Shown here in pieces: positions 1 to 6,239 of a stretch of 13,689 bases of DNA (within the stretch, counting starts at the first letter, position 1; each line of letters starts with the position of its first letter). Source of the DNA: a virus (lineage: Duplodnaviria > Heunggongvirae > Uroviricota > Caudoviricetes); IMG/VR virus record IMGVR_UViG_3300042898_001927, one strand, 5' to 3'. A model generated the notes under the pieces. It made no database searches and was not told the DNA's origin. It worked only from the letters and a program-made list of their open reading frames with translations. The translations under genes and the position numbers were made by a program.

Positions 1-1740
1 CGGTGCATCAACAGTCAAGGTAAATGTTCTGCTTGCTGTTTGAGGAATACTGTCAGTTACTGTAACTGTATAAGTGGTCTGTACTAATGTAGTAGTTGCT
101 GTGCCTGAAATAGCTCCAGTAGCTGTGTTAAATGTTAATCCAGAAGGCAATGCAGGACTTAACGCATAACTTAGTGTTCCAAATCCTCCGCTTGCTGAAA
201 TGGGGGTAAATGTTGAAGCAGCAATAAACTGTGTTAAAACCCTACCAACAAAATTTTGAGTTAGTACAATTGGGCCTGCATTGACTGTAAAGTTAAATGT
301 CTGACTGCTACTTTGTAGTGCTGAATCATTTACAGTTATAGTATATGCTTGTGTTCCACTGATAACAGTTGGAGTACCCGATATTTGTCCAGTAGTTGTA
401 CTAAATGCAACGCCTGCCGGCAATGCGGGCGCGATCGAATATGATATAGGAGCAACACCACCACTAGCTGTAACTGGAATAAATGCTGAAATAGCAGTAC
501 CCTGTGTTGCAGAATGACTTGGTACTGCTAATGTAGTTGTTAGTGCAGGAGGATCGTTTACAACTAATGTAAATGTTTTGCTGCTAGTTTGTGCTGCGGT
601 ATCTGTTACAGTAACTGTAAAAATTGTAGATTCAATAGATGCAGTCGGAGTACCTGTAATTGCACCAGTCGTGCTGTTAAAAGTTAATCCAGAAGGTAAG
701 CTAGGACTAATAGAGTATGTTAAAGGAGTGACGCCGCCGCTGGCAGTAACTGGAGTAAATGCACTAGCAGCAACATTTTTAGTTAATGTTCTACTGCTTA
801 CTGCCTGTGTTGTTGTAATGACAGGATAAATGACATTTAAACTAAATGTACTGTTGGCTGTCTGCCCCAATGTGTCGTTTACAGTTACTGTGTAGGTTGT
901 AACTGAACTAATTCCCGAAGGTGTTCCTGTAATTGCACCAGTTGTGGTACTATAAGTTAATCCAGTTGGCAATGATGGACTTACACTATAGGTCAATGTG
1001 CCCTGTCCGCCAGTAGCCGTGACAGGAGTAAATGATGTTGCTGCTGTGCCTTGAGTTAATGTTGTAGTAGGAACTGCTTGTGTTAGGCTAATTGCAGTAG
1101 GAGCATTAACCCGTAATGTAAAAGATGCGCTACCTGTTTGTCCAAGACTATCTGTTACAACAACACTGTATGTCGTTAACGGACTTGTCGTAGTCGGTGT
1201 TCCTGTAATTTGCCCGGTGCTGCTGTTAATAGTTAACCCTGCAGGAAGATCTGGGCTCACGCTATAAGTTAACGGAGCGGCACCTCCACTAGCTGTTACT
1301 GGTGTAAATGGTGTTACTGCAAAGTTTAATAATGCTGTAGTACTTGCAACTACAGTAGTAGCTGTTGGAGCAGAGACTCCAGACGGAACAGTTAGCGTAA
1401 ATGTAGCAACAGAATTTTGTCCAGCAGCATCAGTAAATGTAACAGTATAAACGGTTGTTGCTGAAAATGCAGTTGGAGTTCCAGTTAATGATAACTGTAC
1501 GTTGTTATGTTTAACAGTTGTTCCATCTGTGTTTACAAAATTAACAACTGATTTAACTGTGCTAAATGCTAGCCCGGCAGGCAATGCAGGACTAACTGCA
1601 ATATTTAATACAGGAGTTACACCAGGATTAGCTAAACTTGTACCACCAGTAGGAACTATAGCTGCGCCGCCCCTGGCATTTAAAATAATTGAATTAAAAG
1701 GTTGATTTAAGTTAGCAGTTAACGTACCATTAACTGTAAT
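1..1740 (-). repeat. Six tandem ~92-aa (~276-nt) Ig-like domain repeats
   Basis: Approximate unit boundaries are 1-273, 274-549, 550-822, 823-1098, 1099-1377 and 1378-1740 (the last unit is longer). Units end in TVDAP, TVNAG, VVNDP, NVIYP, RVNAP and TVPSG. They are diverged at the nucleotide level. Confidence 0.85.
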
Positions 1741-1938
1741 AGGAGTAATAGCAGGACAAATTACAGGTGGTACTATTCCTGTAGCTTTTGGATAAAGCAG
1801 TCTGCCCGCTGACAAGCCAGTTCCAGCTGTTGCAACAGTAATAGACCCGTTTTGGTTAACATAGAAATTGCCAACTGCAAATCTATAATCGTTAGATAGT
1901 GGTTGTGTTGCGGGATTAGGGGAGTAAAATACAGTCAC
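1..1938 (-). CDS. Tandem putative Ig-like (He_PIG/cadherin-like) repeat protein, probable virion surface/fibre protein; 3'-partial (runs off the window start)
   Basis: Manual translation gives 646 stop-free codons from GTG at 1938 (MTVFYSPNPATQPLSNDYRF...) to position 1. An in-frame TAG at 1945-1947 bounds it upstream. It contains six Thr/Ser-rich repeats with the He_PIG-type signature SGG..P(L/I)(T/S)YS.SP.LP.GL.F...TG.I(T/S)GTP....T.Y.VTV.D...Q....F.L.V. TAAATA lies 7 nt upstream. It is absent from the ORF track because it has no stop codon in the window. Confidence 0.9.
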   Translation of the reverse strand, partial: MTVFYSPNPATQPLSNDYRFAVGNFYVNQNGSITVATAGTGLSAGRLLYPKATGIVPPVICPAITPITVNGTLTANLNQPFNSIILNARGGAAIVPTGGTSLANPGVTPVLNIAVSPALPAGLAFSTVKSVVNFVNTDGTTVKHNNVQLSLTGTPTAFSATTVYTVTFTDAAGQNSVATFTLTVPSGVSAPTATTVVASTTALLNFAVTPFTPVTASGGAAPLTYSVSPDLPAGLTINSSTGQITGTPTTTSPLTTYSVVVTDSLGQTGSASFTLRVNAPTAISLTQAVPTTTLTQGTAATSFTPVTATGGQGTLTYSVSPSLPTGLTYSTTTGAITGTPSGISSVTTYTVTVNDTLGQTANSTFSLNVIYPVITTTQAVSSRTLTKNVAASAFTPVTASGGVTPLTYSISPSLPSGLTFNSTTGAITGTPTASIESTIFTVTVTDTAAQTSSKTFTLVVNDPPALTTTLAVPSHSATQGTAISAFIPVTASGGVAPISYSIAPALPAGVAFSTTTGQISGTPTVISGTQAYTITVNDSALQSSSQTFNFTVNAGPIVLTQNFVGRVLTQFIAASTFTPISASGGFGTLSYALSPALPSGLTFNTATGAISGTATTTLVQTTYTVTVTDSIPQTASRTFTLTVDAP

Positions 1939-1945
1939 GATATGC

Positions 1946-1951
1946 TATTTA
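1946..1951 (-). promoter_or_regulatory. Putative phage late promoter core TAAATA (T4 gp55-type TATAAATA-like)
   Basis: Minus strand reads TAAATA-GCATATC-GTG, 7 nt from the start codon. The same motif precedes other gene starts. Confidence 0.65.
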
Positions 1952-1953
1952 TT

Positions 1954-4900
1954 TTATGCGCGGACCGTTAGATCTAGCAGATAACCTGCTTCAACAAGAA
2001 TAAAAATACTTTGACTTCCGTCGTCCCAATAGAAGTCTCCAGGTAACATATCAGAAATTGACAACCCTAATGCAACATCTGCATTGGTAAAAAATCTAGG
2101 GGCTTTTGTGAATTGCTGTGTACTATCCCCAAATGTAATGCTACCATTAGGACCTAGTACTATACTGGCAAATGTAACGGTACTAGCAGAGTCAACTGGT
2201 TGCCCGATGGCTATAACAGATGTTGTGCCTGACCCAGTTGTTATTGTTACACCTAACCCCGGAACAAGGCTAGCAGTGTTACCCGCACTTCCAGTAAATC
2301 CTAAAGATCCGGTAAAACCTGCACTACCTGTAAAGCCATCCCCTGCACTACCTACATAACCAACACTACCTGTAAATCCAGTACTGCCTGTATAGCCAAC
2401 ACTGCCCGTATATCCTTCTGATCCAGTATAGCCAGTTGAACCAGTATAACCGGCTGATCCAGTATATCCATCATTACCTGCACTACCGGTATAACCAATG
2501 ATCTGACCTACATCATCCCAGGCGGCACCGTCCCATATCCATAGGTGCCCGTCATTCTGTGCAATGAAGCCATCACCGACGTCACCTGCATAGCTAGGAT
2601 TTAATCCTGCAGAGTTAGCTACACTGCCTACAATTTTAACAGACGTACCGGCTATACCTTGATCACCTTTAGATCCAGTATATCCTTGACCGCCAGCAGC
2701 ACCTTCGCTACCAGCGAAGCCAGCACTACCGCTAAATCCCGTAGCACCTATACTACCTGTAAATCCTGCTGATCCAGTCCATCCTATAACACCCTGCGAG
2801 CCAGTAAATCCCTGACTTCCAGTAAAACCCTGACTACCGGTGAAACCTTGACTACCAGAGTAACCCTCACTACCAGTATATCCCTGTGAGCCAGTAAAGC
2901 CTTCGCTGCCTGCATACCCGCTACTACCAGTAAAACCTTCGCTACCGGTATAACCTAAGCTACCAGTAAAACCGACACTACCTGTATATCCAGTTGAACC
3001 AGTATATCCAAGGTCGCCCTTCGATCCAGTGTAACCCAAACTACCAGTGTAACCTAAGCTACCTGTATATCCTTCACTACCAGTATAACCGGCACTACCT
3101 GCATATCCAAGACTACCTGCATATCCAAGACTACCGGTAAAGCCTTCACTGCCAGTGTAACCTAAGCTACCTGTATATCCTTCACTACCAGTAAAACCTA
3201 AACTACCAGTAAAACCTGCGCTACCTACAAATCCCGTTGCGCCTGCAATACCTTCGCTACCAGTATAGCCTACACCTTCACTACCAGTAAAACCTTGACT
3301 ACCAACGTAGCCTAAACTACCTGTATAACCCAAGGCTCCTGCTGATCCAGTATATCCTATGATTCTGCCAACGCTAGACCAACTACTACCTGACCAGATC
3401 CATAGATCGCCGGTATCATCTACAATATATCCGTCGCCGACTGCACCTGCATAACTAGGATTTAAATTAGCGGATGTGGCTACGCTGCCGACAATAGCTA
3501 CACTTGTACCGGGAGTACCTGTATCTCCCTTGCTACCTACAAAACCAACGTCACCTTGTGATCCAGTGTAACCATCTGTACCTGCACTACCAGTAAATCC
3601 TGTGCTACCTGCATAGCCCGTGTCACCTTGTGATCCAGTATAACCTTGATCACCTTGACTACCTACAAATCCAGTGTCACCTTGACTACCAGTAAATCCT
3701 TGACTTCCAGCGTAACCTTCGCTACCTACGTAACCGACATCGCCCTGACTACCTGTAAATCCTTGAAGGCCTTGTGATCCTGTGTAGCCAGCGCTACCTG
3801 TATAACCTTCACTGCCTGCATAACCAGCACTACCAGTAAAACCTTCGCTACCTGTGTAGCCATCAACACCGGCAGATCCGGTGAATCCAGCAAAGCCCTG
3901 GCTACCAGTAAATCCTGTATCGCCCTGGCTACCAGTATAGCCTTCAGAGCCATCATATCCGTTAATGCCTTGGCTACCAGTAAATCCTGTATCGCCCTGG
4001 CTACCAGTATAGCCTTCTGAGCCATCATATCCGTTAATGCCCTGACTACCTGTAAATCCTTGTAATCCTTGTGACCCTGTGTAACCATCTATCCCCGCAC
4101 TGCCAACAAATCCAGCATCGCCTTGACTTCCTGTATAGCCAACACCTTGACTACCAGTGTAACCCTTATCGCCTTGACTTCCTGTATAGCCCTGACTACC
4201 TGTGTATCCAATAACGGTTCCGACATCGTTCCAGATTGCTCCGGTCCATATCCAAAGATGCCCAGTATTAGCTGCAATGTATCCGTCACCTATTGATCCC
4301 AAATAGGGTGTTGGCAATAAGGTAGAATTCGAAACTGTTCCTACGATAACAACACTTGTACCCGGGGTTCCCTGTTCGCCTTGGCTACCAGTATAACCTT
4401 CGCTGCCGGCGTATCCAGTGTCGCCCTGACTGCCAGAATATCCCTGTGATCCAGTGTAACCTTCACTTCCGTGATAGCCTTGTGATCCAGTGTAACCTTC
4501 ACTTCCGGTGTATCCAATATCGCCTTGACTGCCAGTATAGCCGCCTATACCAGAACTGCCAGTATAACCTTGATCTCCTTGACTACCAGTGTATCCGTCA
4601 GTACCTGCACTGCCCACATAACCGGTATCACCCTGACTGCCAGTGTATCCAACTGAGCCTGCATATCCTTGCGAGCCAGTGTGTCCATGATCACCTCGAC
4701 TACCGACATAACCAGTATCTCCCTGTGATCCGGTATAGCCAACACTTCCGTCATATCCTCGATCCCCGGCACTACCCGCATACCCGATATCACCTTGACT
4801 ACCAGTGTAGCCAGCGCTGCCATCGTAACCTTGTGATCCAGCGTAACCTTGACTACCGGAATACCCCTGACTACCAGTGTAGCCAACACTGCCGTCGTAT

Positions 4901-5319
4901 CCCTGTGAGCCGGTGTAACCCTGACTACCGGTGTAACCTTCACTGCCTACATAGCCTGCGCCTGCACTACCAGTAAATCCTGCGCTGCCAGTATATCCTA
5001 TAGGTCCCTGTATTCTGCCTACGTTTATCCAACTAGAGCCGTTCCATACCCATAAGTCACCGGTATCTTCTGCAATAAAACCGTCGCCCGTAGCACCTGC
5101 GTAGATGGGATTTAGTAGGCTAGAATCAGCAACACTGCCTACAATAGTAACGCCGCCGCCAGATCCGCCAAATTGCAGAAGTCTGCCACCGGGTGTTACA
5201 TCGTCACCTATGCGTAAATCACCTAGTACTTCGTCGTACCAAATTGTACCGGTTGGACCAACCCATGTCGAGGACTCAACAGTTATTATTCTACCGGCTT
5301 GGATTTTATAGATTGGCAT
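1954..5319 (-). CDS. Collagen-like (Gly-X-Y) fibre protein, probable tail/whisker fibre, 1121 aa
   Basis: The N-terminal G..G.IWYD...GDLRIGD.VTPGG motif resembles phage fibre attachment domains (Mtd N-terminal-like). There are four Gly-X-Y tracts dominated by G(Y/F)T-GS(Q/A/E/L). Four copies of a ~48-aa domain containing GDG(Y/F)I....G.LW.W.G..W..VG.I interrupt the tracts. A short C-terminal globular region follows. ATG is preceded by TAAATA and the gene ends in TAA. Confidence 0.9.
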   Translation of the reverse strand: MPIYKIQAGRIITVESSTWVGPTGTIWYDEVLGDLRIGDDVTPGGRLLQFGGSGGGVTIVGSVADSSLLNPIYAGATGDGFIAEDTGDLWVWNGSSWINVGRIQGPIGYTGSAGFTGSAGAGYVGSEGYTGSQGYTGSQGYDGSVGYTGSQGYSGSQGYAGSQGYDGSAGYTGSQGDIGYAGSAGDRGYDGSVGYTGSQGDTGYVGSRGDHGHTGSQGYAGSVGYTGSQGDTGYVGSAGTDGYTGSQGDQGYTGSSGIGGYTGSQGDIGYTGSEGYTGSQGYHGSEGYTGSQGYSGSQGDTGYAGSEGYTGSQGEQGTPGTSVVIVGTVSNSTLLPTPYLGSIGDGYIAANTGHLWIWTGAIWNDVGTVIGYTGSQGYTGSQGDKGYTGSQGVGYTGSQGDAGFVGSAGIDGYTGSQGLQGFTGSQGINGYDGSEGYTGSQGDTGFTGSQGINGYDGSEGYTGSQGDTGFTGSQGFAGFTGSAGVDGYTGSEGFTGSAGYAGSEGYTGSAGYTGSQGLQGFTGSQGDVGYVGSEGYAGSQGFTGSQGDTGFVGSQGDQGYTGSQGDTGYAGSTGFTGSAGTDGYTGSQGDVGFVGSKGDTGTPGTSVAIVGSVATSANLNPSYAGAVGDGYIVDDTGDLWIWSGSSWSSVGRIIGYTGSAGALGYTGSLGYVGSQGFTGSEGVGYTGSEGIAGATGFVGSAGFTGSLGFTGSEGYTGSLGYTGSEGFTGSLGYAGSLGYAGSAGYTGSEGYTGSLGYTGSLGYTGSKGDLGYTGSTGYTGSVGFTGSLGYTGSEGFTGSSGYAGSEGFTGSQGYTGSEGYSGSQGFTGSQGFTGSQGFTGSQGVIGWTGSAGFTGSIGATGFSGSAGFAGSEGAAGGQGYTGSKGDQGIAGTSVKIVGSVANSAGLNPSYAGDVGDGFIAQNDGHLWIWDGAAWDDVGQIIGYTGSAGNDGYTGSAGYTGSTGYTGSEGYTGSVGYTGSTGFTGSVGYVGSAGDGFTGSAGFTGSLGFTGSAGNTASLVPGLGVTITTGSGTTSVIAIGQPVDSASTVTFASIVLGPNGSITFGDSTQQFTKAPRFFTNADVALGLSISDMLPGDFYWDDGSQSIFILVEAGYLLDLTVRA
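2280..5007 (-). repeat. Four Gly-X-Y tracts (approx. 4360-5007, 3508-4209, 2647-3357, 2280-2496)
   Basis: Hand count gives about 72, 78, 79 and 24 triplets. Gly occupies every third position except at one Gly-X-Gly step in each tract. Confidence 0.9.
2497..5151 (-). repeat. Four dispersed copies of a ~48-aa Trp-containing collagen-interrupting domain (approx. 5008-5151, 4210-4359, 3358-3507, 2497-2646)
   Basis: The copies read VTIVGSVADSSLLNPIYAGATGDGFIAEDTGDLWVWNGSSWINVGRIQ, VVIVGTVSNSTLLPTPYLGSIGDGYIAANTGHLWIWTGAIWNDVGTVI, VAIVGSVATSANLNPSYAGAVGDGYIVDDTGDLWIWSGSSWSSVGRII and VKIVGSVANSAGLNPSYAGDVGDGFIAQNDGHLWIWDGAAWDDVGQII. Confidence 0.9.
3899..4042. repeat. Near-perfect 72-nt tandem duplication within the collagen gene
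   Basis: 3899-3970 and 3971-4042 are identical at 70 of 72 positions. The duplication encodes QGINGYDGSEGYTGSQGDTGFTGS twice. Confidence 0.9.
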
Positions 5320-5324
5320 ACCAG

Positions 5325-5330
5325 TATTTA
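5325..5330 (-). promoter_or_regulatory. Putative late promoter core TAAATA
   Basis: Minus strand reads TAAATA-CTGGT-ATG, 5 nt before the collagen gene start at 5319. Confidence 0.7.
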
Positions 5331-5340
5331 CCGTATGCCG

Positions 5341-5628
5341 TTATCTTGACATTAATGCTCTTAGTTGTTGTATAATGTCGTTTTGCTCAGGAGGTTCTTC
5401 GCCCACTGTTTCCTGTCCAGTTAGTTTGTCTATAACAGGGCTATCTTTGCCCGCTTCGGCTTTAGCAAGTTCTAATTCTTGCTGTTGTGGGCTGATCATT
5501 ACAGGATTTTGCTGTAATTCTGTGTCAGCTTCGGGCTCTGTTTGCCCAGCAGCATTGACTACAGGATCTTCATCACCATTAATTGTAATGGTAATAGGTA
5601 CATTAATGGTGAATTCTTTTGCTCTCAT
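5341..5628 (-). CDS. Small acidic hypothetical protein (95 aa), possibly virion-internal
   Basis: ATG lies 4 nt after TAAATA, the gene ends in TAA, and it fits the gap between neighbours without overlap. It is Glu/Asp/Gln/Pro-rich and begins MRAKEFT. No domain is recognised. Confidence 0.75.
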   Translation of the reverse strand: MRAKEFTINVPITITINGDEDPVVNAAGQTEPEADTELQQNPVMISPQQQELELAKAEAGKDSPVIDKLTGQETVGEEPPEQNDIIQQLRALMSR

Positions 5629-5632
5629 GATG

Positions 5633-5638
5633 TATTTA
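5633..5638 (-). promoter_or_regulatory. Putative late promoter core TAAATA
   Basis: Minus strand reads TAAATA-CATC-ATG, 4 nt before the start at 5628. Confidence 0.7.
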
Positions 5639-5676
5639 GTGCCAGTTACTTTATCTGGCAGCTGAATTTATTATGG

Positions 5677-5761
5677 CTCAGCAGTGTAATTACGCCGGCA
5701 ATTTACGTTTGCTAGACGGACGCCTGCCCGGTGGGCTAACCGTTACGACAACGGCCCTAAG
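5677..5761 (-). ncRNA. Candidate structured RNA of unassigned family (multi-way junction)
   Basis: It sits in the only long intergenic gap. Four back-to-back hairpins (5738-5756, 5726-5736, 5714-5725, 5698-5712) are enclosed by a possible 5-bp closing stem CUUAG/CUGAG. Several pairs are G-U and form only on the minus strand. It was folded by eye only. Confidence 0.45.
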
Positions 5762-5775
5762 GTTAGGATTCTGTT

Positions 5776-6219
5776 TTATTGGCACCAACTTTGTTTTGCA
5801 TCGCCGTAATATTCACGTGCTAAACCGTTGGCAATTAATCCTTGACGAATGCTCTGTCCATTGACCAAGATATCTCCTAGAATACGACCACCAAACTTGT
5901 CCCAACCGTAGATGATAACTTGGTGTTTAGGATGGGATTGAATGGCCTGAGTGGTGAATTTGCTGGCCACTAATGCTCGCTCGTTTTCTTGCGGGCATTG
6001 TGCTCTGTGTCCTTTTTCCGGAGTATCAACTCCGAATATACGAACTGCCAGTTCTGGCTTGAGTGGAGCAGGGAGGAATGGTGCTGCGATAACAATGGTG
6101 TCACCATCACTTACACGGATGATTTTAGCGTCATATGTTGCCGAGTTTTTTGGCATCTTTTGTGCTAGGGCAGGTACTGCTGCGGCAGCAATTAATAGGG
6201 TTAATAATAGTTTTTTCAT
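5776..6219 (-). CDS. Staphylococcal nuclease-like (SNase/thermonuclease) protein with N-terminal Sec signal peptide
   Basis: SNase catalytic motifs are present: VSDGDTI (Asp19/Asp21 equivalents), VRIFGVDTPE (Arg35/Asp40/Glu43) and DKFGGRIL (Asp83/Arg87 region). The N-terminus MKK-LLLTLLIAAAAVP-ALA has a basic start, a hydrophobic core and an A-X-A cleavage site (6163-6219). Confidence 0.9.
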   Translation of the reverse strand: MKKLLLTLLIAAAAVPALAQKMPKNSATYDAKIIRVSDGDTIVIAAPFLPAPLKPELAVRIFGVDTPEKGHRAQCPQENERALVASKFTTQAIQSHPKHQVIIYGWDKFGGRILGDILVNGQSIRQGLIANGLAREYYGDAKQSWCQ

Positions 6220-6224
6220 ATATG

Positions 6225-6232
6225 TACTTATA
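6225..6232 (-). promoter_or_regulatory. Putative late promoter variant TATAAGTA
   Basis: Minus strand reads TATAAGTA-CATAT-ATG. This is one mismatch from T4 TATAAATA and lies 5 nt before the start at 6219. Confidence 0.55.
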
Positions 6233-6239
6233 GTTATTT

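Noticed and set aside
1602-1607. Additional TAAATA on the minus strand
   Set aside because: It lies inside the Ig-repeat coding sequence with no start codon 4-7 nt downstream in a plausible gene, so it is likely a chance occurrence in AT-rich sequence.
1939-1956. Readthrough fusion of the collagen gene into the in-frame Ig-repeat gene
   Set aside because: Two different stops (TAA at 1954-1956 and TAG at 1945-1947) separate them, and the Ig gene has its own TAAATA box.
3726-4943. Alternative-frame minus-strand ORFs inside the collagen gene (3726-4088, 4089-4289, 4545-4943)
   Set aside because: They are out-of-frame readings of the Gly-X-Y repeat that lack stops because of its biased codon pattern. 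I saw no slippery site or initiation signal.
2280-5007. Periodic nucleotide repeats that could be mistaken for a CRISPR array or minisatellite
   Set aside because: The periodicity is codon-based and in frame, with synonymous variation. There is no constant repeat with unique spacers and no cas gene.
2280-5007. Ice-nucleation or antifreeze protein (GYTGS resembles the AGYGST repeat of InaZ, and Gly-X-X resembles snow-flea antifreeze protein)
   Set aside because: There is no 16-residue InaZ periodicity or TxT ice-binding ladder. The strict Gly-every-third pattern and phage fibre-type end domains fit a collagen-like fibre better. Ice binding cannot be supported from the sequence.
5677-5770. Assignment of the intergenic element to pistol, hammerhead, twister, HDV-like ribozyme, ZTP or c-di-GMP riboswitch, or tRNA
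   Set aside because: There are only fragmentary word matches (e.g. UUAGGG, GCAAAC). The required pairings and conserved cores (CUGAUGA/GAAA, the pistol P1 and pseudoknot, a T-loop/CCA cloverleaf) are not present.
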